From assembly GCA_963827755.1 (NCBI GenBank), contig CAWHCQ010000017.1, forward strand, positions 1 through 64,000: a stretch of 64,000 bases of DNA. Direction: 5' to 3'. Positions 1 to 12,127 of the stretch are shown here, piece by piece (position 1 is the first letter of the stretch; each line of letters begins with the position of its first letter). The position numbers and the translations under genes are program-made. Below the pieces are notes generated by a model. The model saw only the letters and a list, made by a program, of their open reading frames with translations. It made no database searches and was not told where the DNA came from. This stretch comes from an uncultured Gammaproteobacteria bacterium (GTDB lineage Bacteria; Pseudomonadota; Gammaproteobacteria; UBA9214).

Positions 1-3000
1 TCTCGGTATTGATCTGGAACTCGCTGCCCACGGCCAGGCCGGTGTTGTCGTAGCGCTGGCCGTAGATGCCGTAGCCTGTCGCCGTCCTGGTTTTCGCTTT
101 GCCAGACGACGACGAAGTTACCGGCGGCGTCCATCGCGATGGCCGGTGCGGCCTGCTTCTTCAGGGTCTCGGTATTGATCTGGAATTCGCCGCCCACGGT
201 GGCGCCGGTGGCGCTGAAGCGCTGGCCGAACACGCCCATGTTGTCGGCGTCCACGCCGGTCCAGGCGACCACGAAGCTGCCGTCGTCGGCCATGGCCACG
301 ACCGGGTCGGTCTGCTGGCCGACGATATAGGCATTGACGCGGAACTCCCCGCCCAGCACCAGGCCCTCGGCCGAGAACAGCTGGCCATAGATGCCGTAGC
401 CGTTGCCGTCCTGGTTGTTGCTCGCCCAGACCACGACGTAGTCGCCGTTCGGGGCACTGGCCACTGCCGGGTCGGTCTGGTGATTCACGGTATAGGTGTT
501 GACCGCAAACTCGCTGCCCCAGGTCTGGCCGAGGCTCACCGTGCCGCCGGTCGCGCTGATGGTGATCTCGATCGGGATCGCCACGGCATCGTCGAAAATC
601 TGCACCGCGCTGTCGTCGTCGATCAGGATCAGGTTGCCGGTGGAGCTGCCGAGGTCGAGCGGGGTGTCCTCGGGCGTGACCTGCGGCCCCGGCATGACCA
701 GGGTCGGCGGGTCATTGGTCGCGTCCGGCGTGATGTTGATCGTCATCACGGCGGCATCCGACAGCGCCCCGCCCGGGCCGTTGTTGCCCAGGTCGTTGAC
801 CGTTATCTGCAGGATGGCCGGACCCGCATAGTTGGCCACCGGGTCGAAGGTCAGGCCCTCCAGGGCCGTGTTGATTTCTGCCACCGTGCCTTTAAACACC
901 ATCATCGGATCGGCGGTGCCGTCGCCCTGGCTGAAGTTCAGGCCAAGCACGCCGCCCAGGGTCAGGGTACCGTAACTCACCGCCAGCTTTACCTCGATAT
1001 CATCCCCGGCGGCATCGACATCGGCGATGCTGATGGCGTTGCCGTTGCCGCTGGAGAACACCAGTGCCGTGTCCTCCACCATGCCCTGCGCCGCCGGCGC
1101 CGTGATCACCGGCGCCTCGTTGTAGTTGCCGACCTCGATGTTGATCAGGTCGGTATCGACCAGGTCGCCGCCACCGGTGTTGCCCTGGTCGTCGGTGACG
1201 ATCTGCAGGGTGGCCGTGCCGCTGAAGGCCGTATCGGGATCGAAGAACAGGCCGTCGAGCGCAGTGTTGATATCGGCCAGCGTGCCGGTGAAGGTCATGC
1301 CGAGGTCGTCGCTGCCATCACCGAGGGTGAATGACAGGCCGGTCGTACCGCTCAGTGTGATCAGGCCGTTGGTGGCCGTGAGCGTCAGTTCGACTGCGCT
1401 GTTACCGGCGTCGTCGCTGAGGCTGATCAGGTTGCCGTTGATGGCATCGAACACCAGCGCCGTATTGGTATCGGTGTTCTGTTGTCCGGGGATGTTATTA
1501 ACCGGGGCATCGTTGACTGCCGTGATGGTCAGGTTGAAGGACTGTCCGGTCAGCACATTAAACGAGCCATCATCGACGTCGAAGTCGAAACTGTCGGCGA
1601 CGGTTTCGCTATCGTTGTGCACGTAGACGACCTGGCTGGCGTCGACCTGCGCCTGGGTGAAGCTGGTAATCGCGACACCCGGGTTTGTGGTCAGTTCAAG
1701 CTGGCCGTTTGCCGGAGCGCTGGTCACCGTATAAGTCACCGCGCTCGCCGGCTGCCCGGCGTCGTCATAGCGCAACTCGGTATTGCTGATGACGTCCGTG
1801 CCGCCCTCGAGCAGGGTACTGCCCGTGTTGTTGACCAGGAACGGTGCCGTGACATCCCCGGTACCCACGGATGATGTAGACGATGTCGCTGTCGGTCAGC
1901 GGGCCGCCGCTGCCGGTGTTGCCCAGGTCATCGACATCGACCTGTATGCCCGCCGTGCCGTTGAAGGCCGCGGTTGGCGTAAAGATCATGCCGTCCAGCG
2001 CCTCGTTGATCTGGGCGACCGTGCCGGTCAGCACGATGCTGGCATCATCGACGCCGTCGCCGATCAGGTAGGTGATGGCATCGGCGCCGCGGCAGGCGCT
2101 GCAAATAGATGCCATTCTTGCCATCGACGTTGTCCTGAGCCTTGCTGGTCCAGCTGATGATGGCATTGCCGTCGGCGTCCAGTGCGACAGAGGGCAGCTG
2201 CTGGTCGTCCAGCGTGGTGGTGTTGACCAGGGTCTCGACGCCCTCGGCCACGCCGCCAGCATCATAGCGCTGGGCGTAGATGCCATTCTTGCCATCGACG
2301 TTATCCTGGGCCTTGCTCTGCCAGGTGATGATGAACTCACCGCTGCCCTGCATGGCGATGCTTGGTGCAAGCTGGTCCTCCAGCGTGGTGCTGTTGACCG
2401 GGAACTCGATCCCCTGGGCCGCACCGTTGGCCGCGTAGCGCTGGGCGTAGATGCCATTCTTGCCGTCCACGTCATCCTGCGCCTTGCTCTGCCAGGCCAC
2501 CACGAAGTTGCCGGCATCGTCCATCGCAACCGACGGGGCCAGCTGGTCCTCCAGGGTCTCGGAGTTGACCTTGAACTCGATGCCCTGGGCGATGCCGGCG
2601 GCATTGAAACGCTGACCATAGATACCAAACTTGCCGTCCACATTATCCTGCGCCTTGCTTTCCCAGACGATGACGAAGTCACCATCGGTGTCCATGGCAA
2701 TCGCCGGGGCCTTTTGGTCCTCCAGCGTCTCGGTGTTGACCAGAAACTCGTCGCCCTGGGCCAGGCCGGTGGCATCATAGCGCTGAGCATATATTCCGAA
2801 CTTGCCGTCGAGGTGGTCCTGCGCCTTGCTCGCCCAGCTCACCACGAAATTGCCGGCGTCATCCATCGCAACGACCGGTGTGCTCTGGTCGTTGGCGATT
2901 TCGGTGTTGATCTCGAATTCGCCACCGATACGGGTGCCACCGGTGTCGAACAGCTGGCCGAAGACGCCGGTCCCGGCACCGTCCTGGTTGGCGCTTTGCC

Positions 3001-6000
3001 AGACGACGACAAAGGCGCCGTTGGCATTCATGGTCACGGCGGCTTCTTTCTGGTCACCGGCGGTAAAGGTGTTGACCTGGAATGCCGGGCCCTCGGCCTC
3101 GCCCAGTGGGTTGTAGCGCTGGGCAAAGATGCCAAGGCCGCCACCGTCCTGGTTCTTGCTCTCCCACACCACGATGTAGCTGCCATCGGCCGCCACGGCG
3201 ACCTGCGAATTGAGCTGGTCGTCAACGGTGTTGGTATTGACCAGGGTCTCGCTGTCGATCTGCGGACTCAGGGTCAGGGTGCCATTGGTTGCGGTGAGCG
3301 TCAGCTGTACCGGGCTGCCGTCGGCATCATCGGAGAGGGTAATCGGGTTGCCGTTGCTGTCGGAGAACACCAGGGCCGTATCCTGCGGCGTGGCCTGTCC
3401 GCCAGGCAGACTGTTGACCGGTGCGTCGTTGGTCGCATCCGGTGTGACCGCGATTGATGATGGTATCGGTGTCGGTTAATGCACCGCCGGTGCCGGTGTT
3501 GCCCTGGTCGTCGGTGATGATGCGCAGATAGGCATTTCCGGCAAAGCCGGCCAGCGGCGTGAAGGTCATGCCCTCCAGTGCGGTGTTAATGTCCGCGAGC
3601 ATACCGGTGAAGACCATCGTCGGGTCGTCACTGCCGTCACCCGTGGTGAAACTCAGACCGGTTATACCACCGAGGCTGATACTGCCCTGGATGGCGCTCA
3701 GGGTGACCTCGACGGGGTTGACGCCCGCGTCATCGACAATGCTGAGCGCATTGCCGTTACCCGTGGAGAAGGTCAATGCGTGTTGATTCGACCGTGGTCT
3801 GCGGACCCGGGATGCTGTTGGTCGGCGCGTCGTTGACCGGGTTGACGGTGATGTCGAAAGAATCCGATATCGGCGTCGGTGCCATCGTCGCTGTCGATCT
3901 GGATGGTCGCCGTGCCATAGAAGTCCGCCGTCGGCGTAAATACCAGACCGTCCAGCGCGCCATTGACCTCTTCCAGGCTGCCGCTGAAGGTCATCAGGCT
4001 GTCATCGACACCGTCACCGGTCGTGAAGGTCAGGGCGTCGGGTGCCAGGAAGCGCTGGCCGTAGACGCCTTCTTTGAGGTCGACGTTATCCTGGCCCTTG
4101 CTCTGCCAGACGGCGATGGCCTCGCCGAGACTGTTGAGTGCAACAGACGGTGTCTTCTGGTCCAGCGGTGTGGTCTGGTTGACGAGAAACTCGTTGCCCT
4201 GGGCGGTGCCTGCAGCGTCGAAATACTGCGCGAAGATTCCGACCTTGCCATCGGTATGGTCCTGGTTTTTGCTTTCCCATGCGATCAGGAACTCGCCGCT
4301 GGCAGACATGGCCACCGACGGCAATGTCTGGTCACCGGCCACGGTGGTGTTGACCACGAATTCGTTGCCCTGGGCAGTGGCAGTGTTGTCGTAGAGGCGC
4401 GCAACGATGCCCATCTTGCCGTCGGTGAAGTCCTGCCCTTTGCTCTCCCAGGAAATGACGAAGTTGCCGGCATCATCGGTTGCCACAGCCGGGATAGTCT
4501 GGTCACCGGGCGTGGTCTGGTTGACCAGGAATTCGTTGGTCTGTGCGGTGCCGCCGGCATCGAACTGGCGGGCATAGATGCCCGTTCTTGCCATCGACAT
4601 CGTCCTGCCCCTTGCTCTGCCAGGCGACGACGAAGTCGCCGTCGGCATCCATGGCGATACTGGCGGCACGCTGATCCTCGAGTGTGGTCTGGTTGACCAG
4701 GAATTCACCGGTCGTCGGGGTGCCGGCAGCATTGAACAGGCGGGCATAGATGCCGTTTTTCCCATCGACATTGTCCTGCGCCTTGCTCTCCCAGGCGATG
4801 GCAAAGTTGCCGGCGTTGTCCATGGAGACCGCCGGGGCGACCTGGTCTTCGAGCGTGGTCTGGTTGACCAGGAATTCATTGGTGGCCGCCGTGCCATCGG
4901 CATTGAACAGGCGTGCATAGACGCCATTCTTCCCATCAACATTGTCCTGTGCCTTGCTCACCCATGTGATGACGAAATTGCCTGCCGCATCCATGGCGAT
5001 CGCCGCTGCATACTGGTCCTCCAGGGTGGTCTGGTTGGCCAGCGTTTCAATGCCCTGCGCCGTGCCGTCTGCGGCATAGCGCTGGAAGTAGACCCCCTTC
5101 TTGCCGTCCAGATCGTCCTGGCCCTTGCTGGTCCAGGCGACGACGTAGCTGTCATCGGCCGCCATGGCGATGACCGGCTCGTTCTGAGCATCCGTCGTGG
5201 TGGTGTTGGCCAGGAACTCCGGGCCGATGGTGTTGCTCAGTGTCACGGTGCCGTTGGTGACGGTGAGTGTGACTTCGAGGGGGCTGCCGTCGGCATCGCT
5301 GACGCTGACGGCATTACCGTTGCCGCTGGAGAGCACCAGCGAGGTGTCTTCATCGATTGACTGGGCGACCGGTACGGTGTGCAGCGGGTCATCGTTGACA
5401 GGATCAACCGTTATGCTGAGGGTGTCACTGTCTTTCCCCGGCGGCGTGTTCATAATGCCGGTCACTTCCGCAGCGGATAATGCACGGTCATGGATGCGTG
5501 CATCGTCCATCTGCCCGATGAAATCCCACAGCGTATCGCCATCGCCGTGGGTGCCAAGGTAAGTATCCGGTCCCAGCGTATAGGCGACCGAGCCGGTCAT
5601 GGCGGCTGAATCGACAGCCACGCCGTCAAGATAGATAGTGTGAATGTTGTTGGTGTCGTCAACGCTATAGGCGACATGGTGCCATCCCGCACCGACCAGG
5701 TTGGTTGCAAACGAGAGTTCATGCCAGGTCGAACCATCGTAGTAGGCGCCTCTCACGCTGCCCCCGCTCCATTCGGCAAAACGCAGAACAACGCTATCAC
5801 CGAGGGAGATGAAATCAGCACCGTTGGTATCCGCTGTAGTGAGGTCGACCCATGCCGACAGTGTCACATTGGCAGGATCACCAAAGTGCCCGCTGATCTG
5901 CACGGAGTCGTTACCATCGAAGCTCAGTACATTGCCGCGCGTTGCATCGTATACCGACGTCGCACCGTTTACCGTGCCATTGTTGGATGTCACCCGGGCC

Positions 6001-9000
6001 GTCATCCTTGCCGAGATTACCGGCATCATCAAACGAATAGGCGCCTGCCAGCGATGCATCGTCGTGCGAGGTGATTGTCAGCGATGCCGAGCCATTGAAG
6101 TCGGCATCCGGCATAAATGACATGCCGTCCAGCGCGGCGTTTATATCAGCCAATGTGCCGGTGAAATTCATGGAAGCATTGGCCGTACCCGTGCCGCTGA
6201 TAAAGGTAAGCCCGGTGATCTGGCTGAGTGTCAGGGTTCCATCGCTCACGGTGAGCGTGACATCAAACGGATTGACACCTGCGTCAGGATCGCTGATCGA
6301 GATCAGGTTGCTATTGGCGGCGTTGAAGACCAGCGCTGTCTCTTCATCGACCACCTGGGTGCCGGGCAGAATATTGTCTGTATCGATCAGGTCATTAACG
6401 TTGATCGCCATGACTTTATCGTAGGTATTTCCGGCTGCATCCGTGGTGCGAACGGTGATGTTGTGGGAAGTCGCTGCTTCATAATCCAGCAGTGAACCAT
6501 CGGCGACGACTATCTTTCCACTGTTGCCATCAATTGAAAAACGGCCGGCGGCATCATCGGTCAGTGTGAAGGTGAAATTGCCGAGAACCTGGGAGGCATC
6601 CCACTCGATAATGTAATCACGCGCCACACTGTCAATAACATCGTCCCACAGACCATCCGTGCTGCGCATGGTGAGGGCGTCCTGTCCGCCGGAATCGTTT
6701 GGATTGGTCGCAAGGAAATTTGTGTAAGTCGTCGTTGAAGGCGTGTTGCCTGATCGCGATCTGGCCGGCATCGACACCGTTATCCTGCCAGTACCATTCG
6801 CCTTCGGTTGAAATATCGGAGGCACCGAGATACGTCTCGTTGACAATCAGGCCGTGTACCAGGGTATTTTCATAGGCCGATTTGATGACAGCCAGCTGGC
6901 CGCCAACGCCGTTAAGCGTTGCACCGGCCGCCGCGGCTTGTGCGTCAGCCCACGTTTTATCAGCCGTACTGACAACGCGATAGAACTTGTCGGTTGCGGC
7001 ATCATAGGTCAGTGAAGGGTCGCCGGTGAGAATGGCCTGTATGGCGGGAGAGACTTCCTTGACGTGGACATTGGCGATGATCGGGCCAAAGGCATCGGTA
7101 TTCAGGGACTCGAAGGTGAGTGCCGTGCTGGTCGCAATGGCCGTAAAAGTGAAACTGCGCTCTTCCCAAAGTGCATTTGTGCCCCAGTCCCAGTTGGCAC
7201 CCTCGGTGATTGAAAAATCGCCTGTCAGTCCTGCAGCGCCGACGCGTACCTGTTTGACGGCCTCGGCACTGGGGAAGAAGTTTCCTGTGAGTGCAAATGT
7301 CACCGTGTACTCTTTGCCGACTTCTGTCGCCAGTGTCTGGCTGATCTTGCCCGGCAAGTCCCCGGACAGGTCGACCGCGTTTCCGCCAAGCGGCGGCGGG
7401 TCAATATTACCTACATGGTCGACACTTTCGCTGGTAACGGTCCAGTCACCCAGTACACTCCCGGCGCCGCTGCCATTCGCATAATAAGTGGGGTTGCCCG
7501 CGGCGCTGCCTGCCTCGGTAAAGAGACCATCGCTGACGATATCGTTATAGACATCCGGGTCAGTCGGCACAACGATACCCACGGGGGTCCCGTTGAACGC
7601 GTTTTCATCAACGGAAAGCGTGGCATCCGGCGTGCTGGCGGTGAATCCGGCACCTGCTTGACCGATGGAAAGGTTGTTGGCGCCGACCACATCGACAACT
7701 TCATTCGAGCCGTTGAAACCATTCATCTGCCAATTGGCTACCAGGCCGGCTGGCAGGCTTCCGCTGTCGAACTTGTGCTGGTAATTAAGCGCGATTTCTG
7801 CAGCACTGCGGACTTCACTCCACAGGCGGATATCATGCAGGGTGCCGGAAAAATACTGGTCGGGATCGAATCCGCCGACGGGCGAATCCTGTTCCTGTCC
7901 GAATACGAACTGTCCATTCGTCGTATCCAGGGCAACGCCGGTGCTCAGGCCGGTGCCGGACTCGACAAAGTCACCGTCAACATAGACGGCCCAATCCCCG
8001 TTCGTGTTGTCCCAGGATACCGCCAGGCTGTGGAGGTCGCCGTCAAGCAGGGTTCTGAAATCCAGTGCTGTCGCATATGCATCGGCGCCGCCGCCGAAGT
8101 CAAGTTGCATTGAGCCGTCAGCTTGCATGAGCTGAAGCGAGAATTCATCTCCAGCCGGATTGTTGAACGACATGAACACCGTTTCCAGCGGAATGTTGTT
8201 TGCCGCAAAGCTGATTTCGACGGTTGTACTGGCCAGGGACTGGGGCAAGCCTGTGCTGGAGACCAGGTACGAACCGTTGCCGTCATCCGTGTTTAATGCG
8301 ATGCCGGAGGATAAATCTGTCGGAGCGGAATCGAGGGTGTTATTCCAGGCCTCTGCGGCGCGAGCGGTTAATAACGATGCCTGTTTCAAGTTTTCCTACC
8401 TGGTATTCCAGCTCCCAGTCACCGCCGAGTGCGGCACTGCCGGTCAGGTCTTCGGAGGCCGCGACATCGGCGCCGGTCAGGCCGGCGAGGCTGTTGACCA
8501 GCGACTGGCCTTCCTCGCTTGCCGCGAGATTACAGCCATAGATAAGGATGTCGGCATTGTCGGTAAAGGCACTGCCCCAGGAACCTACCTGCTCCGCATT
8601 GGCAGCCAGCGAGTCATTGTCCAGCGTGCCGCCACCGAGGTCGATGGCGCCCTCTGAGCCGTGCGAGAGGATGTGGATGGCATTGACATTCTCATAGCCC
8701 TCGAGGACCGAGCTGATCTGCGCGATGCCGTCTTGCGTATTATCGAGCTCGAAGACCTGGTAGCTGGTGTCATCCGGGTATTTCAACAGGTCGGACAGCA
8801 GGGTCTGGTATTCCGGTGTGTCGGTGTCGATGAAGATCAGTTCGACACGGGTTTCGGCGGCAGGCGTCTCGCGTGTCCCGGTATTGTCGCTATCAAGCCT
8901 CTGTTCCAGCACCGTCTGCTGGTAGACGTCCGTCGGCGCCTCCTGCTGATCGGCCGCAAGCGCACCGTCCGGGCCGGCGGAAAACAGCAGCCGCGGCTCC

Positions 9001-9059
9001 ATCTGCTCGAATACAGCCGGTATTTGCCCTTTCTTGTCCTTGCGTTTTTTCACCGTCAC
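1..9059 (-). CDS. Giant secreted adhesin-like protein (LEPR-XLL motif, DUF4347, LamG-like x2, DUF642-like, C-type lectin-like, cadherin-like and tandem ~65-aa repeats); 3' end outside window; split by several frameshifts
   Basis: Collinear minus-strand ORFs 8340-9059, 6632-8389, 5911-6846, 4503-6059, 3773-4942, 3327-3776, 2045-3370 and onward. N-terminus FEQMEPRLLFSA; DUF4347 motifs IHILSHG, ADILIYGCNLA, LTGADVAASEDLTGSAALGGDWELE; LamG motifs WHHVAYSVD, GQMDDARIHDRALS; cadherin motifs LLDYE and VNDAP; repeats VAMDxxGNFVVxWxSKxQDxxDGKxGIYAQRY. Confidence 0.88.
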
Positions 9060-9131
9060 TCCCGTGAATCACTGTGTATTCAGGTTGCACAGACCTCTCG
9101 CGTGAGATTTGCGCGTACTTCCACAGAAAAA

Positions 9132-9158
9132 AGATCGGCTAAACGGCGGGATTCTTGA
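9132..9158 (-). promoter_or_regulatory. Putative sigma28 (FliA)-type promoter for the giant adhesin gene
   Basis: Minus strand reads TCAA-N15-GCCGATCT about 70 bp upstream of the ATG at 9059; FliA consensus T(A/C)AA-N15-GCCGATAA. Confidence 0.5.
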
Positions 9159-9234
9159 GGGTCGGGGCGAGTGCTCGGCGGCGCCTGTCAGTCAGCACGG
9201 TGAGGAGAGCGGTTCGAGGTGAAAAAACAGGGGT

Positions 9235-10102
9235 TTATTTATAGAAACCCAGGTCCCTCGCTTTTTTTTCAGCCTGCAAGTCACTGGATTTGTTCATGAA
9301 TTTGACGCTGCACTTGAGCCCGCCCGGGAGCTTGTAGTCCGGGTTGGGCAGTTCCAGGCGCACGCCGAAGGTGCCGCTGGAGGCATCGATGACCCGGTCG
9401 ACGATCTTCACCTCGGCCTGGTAGGCCGCGTTCATGGGTGCTTCCGGACGGATCCTGGCGAGTTGGCCGGTTTTGATGCGGCCGAACATGGAGGCCGGCA
9501 GAATGACCTCGACACTCAACGGGTCAAGCTGGGCAAGGCGCAACACGGGTTCGTCTTCAACGAACTCGCCGGGGTGACTTGAAGCGCTCGACGACCACGC
9601 CCTTGATCGGGCTTTTCACGGTGCGCTGGTTCAGATAGGCCTGCGCCCGTGCCAGTTCGAGCCTGGCCAGTGCTTTCTCTTCCAGGGCATGTTTCAACTG
9701 CAGCGTCGCCAGGTTGGCCTCGGTTTCCACCTCGTCCTTGGTGTGCAGGGGAACGACTTGTTCCTCGTACATGTCGTCAAAACGGACCATTTTTCGCCGT
9801 GCAAAGGCGCTGCTGATGCGGCGCTCCTTGAGCTCCGCACTCATATCGATGCGCGCGGTTGCAAGTGCCACCGTCGCTTTTTCGATCTCGGATTCCAGTT
9901 CGATCAGCACCTGACCTTCCTCGACCAGGTCGCTTCTCTGCACCAGTATCTTTTCGATTTTCCCCTGTACCGAACTGTTGATATCAACCACCATGTTCGG
10001 TTCGATCAGGCAGTCATAGTCAGACACGCTCTCGGCGGCAACCGCTGCAGACAGCAGTGTCGCCGTGAGAATAAAAATCCGTTTCATTATCTGCATGTTC
10101 AT
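9235..10102 (-). CDS. RND/HlyD-family periplasmic adaptor (membrane fusion protein); frameshift near 9575
   Basis: ORFs 9557-10102 + 9235-9546; signal peptide, lipoyl-like halves (VQGKIEKILVQRSDLVEEGQVL, VKSPIKGVVV), VIDASSGTFGVRLELPN. Confidence 0.88.
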
Positions 10103-10126
10103 CTGTTCTGTAAATTACAGGACCGC

Positions 10127-12127
10127 TTATTCCTGTTGCCCGGCGAAGGACAGTATCTTCCCGAGATAGGCCTCCATGCGTTCCAGTGCCCGCCTTCTGC
10201 TGCGCAGCCTTGCCTCGGACCTGAACTGGCATATGGCTATCAGTACACGGCTTTTCCAGCCGGCGACAGGAGACAGGTTCCTTACTGCGTTAACGGCCAT
10301 GTTTCTCATATATTTAGGGCAATTCTGGCGAAGGATATCGTCCTCGAGGCAGAGGATGGACTCGAAGCTGCCCGGGTCACCCTGGCGGGCACAGCGCCCG
10401 TATAACTGGCGGTCGATGCGGCGTGCTTCATTGCGTTCCACGGCGATCACGTGCAGGCCGCCGAGGGCCTCGACACCGGGCCCGAGGGGAATATCGGTGC
10501 CGCGCCCCGCCATGTTGGTGGCAATGGTGATACTGCCCCGGTTGCCCGCGTTGCTGATCAGTTCGGCTTCTTCCTCGTCCTGGCGGGCGTTGAGCACGCG
10601 GTGCTTCAGGCCGGCGGAGGCGAGCAGCTGGCTGATACGCTCGCTGTCTTCCAGCGTGCGCGTGCCGACCAGTATCGGCCGGCCCTGCTGATGCACTGCC
10701 CGAATGCGCGCGACCAGGGCCTGCCACTTGGCATCGACCGTTGGCAGGAGTTGTGTCTTCAGGTCTGTCAGCCGGGATGGCCGGTGCGTGGGTATGCGCA
10801 CCACCTTGAGCTTATAGACGGACTGTAATTCAGCGGCCGCCTCACTGGCGGTACCGGACATTCCGGAGAGCTGCAGGTAGCGGCTGAAAAAGCGCTGGTA
10901 ACTGATGCGCGCGACGGTTTCCGAGGGCACCGATATGTCGCAGCCTTCCTTGATCTCGATCAGTTGATGCAGGCCCTGTTCCCAGGTGCGGTCCGCCATC
11001 ACGCGCCCGGTAAAACCGTCGATGATGCAGACGCGGTTCTCCTTCACCAGGTAATCATGGTCGCACTGGTAGAGCCGGGCGGCGGACAGGGCCTTGATGA
11101 CCAGTTCCTCGCAGTGTTTCTGCAGCGGCCAGTGCATTGCACCCTTTTCTGTCGCCGCGTTGAGCCGTTGCTTGCCCCTGCGGGTCAGCTCGATGCTGCG
11201 TGCCGACTGATTTACTTCATAATCTTCTGTTTCGACCAGGGCGCCTGCCAGCGACCAGGCCTCGTGGTAGCGGGCGGACAGCTCGGCATTTTCCTGACCG
11301 GGCTGGGAAATGACCAGCGGTGTACAGGCCTCGTCGATGAGCACGCTGTCGGCCTCGTCGACGATGGCGAAACACAGGCCGCGCATCAACAGGCGTTCTG
11401 CCCGGCGACTGGTGTTGTGCAGTGATTCCACCTCCATGGCCAGCCGGCAGGGCGCGTGGCGCATGACAATGCGGTCGCGCAGGTAGTCGAACGCGATTTG
11501 CTTGTTGGTGCCGTAGACCACGTCGCAGGCATAGGCGGCACGCCGTGCCGTTTCTTCCATGCCCTCGGTGATCGTGCCGACCGTGAGCCCGAGGAATTCG
11601 TACAGTGGGCGCATGTTGGCTGCATCGCGCTCGACCAGGTAATCATTGACCGTGATGATGTGTACCGGGATGCCCGCAAGCGCCGCCGTGCAGGCGGGCA
11701 GGGTGGCGGTCAGGGTCTTGCCTTCCCCGGTTTCGATCTCGGCAAGCCTGCCGCGCAAAATGGTCCAGCCACCCATGACCTGTACATCATAGTGCCGCAT
11801 GCCGAGGATGCGTTGCGAGCACTCGCGGACCAGTGCGAAGACTTCGGCAGTCAGCTTGTCTGCGAGCCCGTGTTGCTGTAATTGCCGGCCCAGTGCCTGG
11901 CTGCGGGCCTGCAGCTCCGCATCGGCCAGGACGGATATTTCACCATCATGGGCATTGACGCACTTGAGAAAGCGCCGCAGGGAGAATTGCTGCAAGCTGC
12001 CTGGCCGTGCCAGCAGGCCAAGCAGGGCCTGTGCGCTGCGATCAAACCAGTCCGGCTCGTCATCGCGACGTTCCGGGTAGGTCCCCAGCCGCACGCCGGG
12101 GCGCAGTGCCGGGCTGGTGCTAGACAC
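10127..12127 (-). CDS. Accessory short SecA-like ATPase (SecA_DEAD protein lacking the C-terminal wing/scaffold region)
   Basis: Motifs TGEGKT, VHIITVNDYL, AIVDEADSVLID, GLHQLIEIKEG, LSGMSGTA, TIATNMAGRGTDI, RRIDRQLYGRCARQGDPG; about 666 aa from likely GTG at 12127 overlapping the upstream stop. Confidence 0.9.
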   Translation of the reverse strand: MSSTSPALRPGVRLGTYPERRDDEPDWFDRSAQALLGLLARPGSLQQFSLRRFLKCVNAHDGEISVLADAELQARSQALGRQLQQHGLADKLTAEVFALVRECSQRILGMRHYDVQVMGGWTILRGRLAEIETGEGKTLTATLPACTAALAGIPVHIITVNDYLVERDAANMRPLYEFLGLTVGTITEGMEETARRAAYACDVVYGTNKQIAFDYLRDRIVMRHAPCRLAMEVESLHNTSRRAERLLMRGLCFAIVDEADSVLIDEACTPLVISQPGQENAELSARYHEAWSLAGALVETEDYEVNQSARSIELTRRGKQRLNAATEKGAMHWPLQKHCEELVIKALSAARLYQCDHDYLVKENRVCIIDGFTGRVMADRTWEQGLHQLIEIKEGCDISVPSETVARISYQRFFSRYLQLSGMSGTASEAAAELQSVYKLKVVRIPTHRPSRLTDLKTQLLPTVDAKWQALVARIRAVHQQGRPILVGTRTLEDSERISQLLASAGLKHRVLNARQDEEEAELISNAGNRGSITIATNMAGRGTDIPLGPGVEALGGLHVIAVERNEARRIDRQLYGRCARQGDPGSFESILCLEDDILRQNCPKYMRNMAVNAVRNLSPVAGWKSRVLIAICQFRSEARLRSRRRALERMEAYLGKILSFAGQQE

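Noticed and set aside
99-5562. Long plus-strand ORFs (99-1334, 2072-3457, 3776-4696, 4578-5360)
   Set aside because: Antisense shadows of the GC-rich repetitive adhesin gene; no recognisable motifs
10127-12127. Housekeeping secA
   Set aside because: Too short, lacks the C-terminal domains and the usual lpxC/mutT context; treated as accessory paralog
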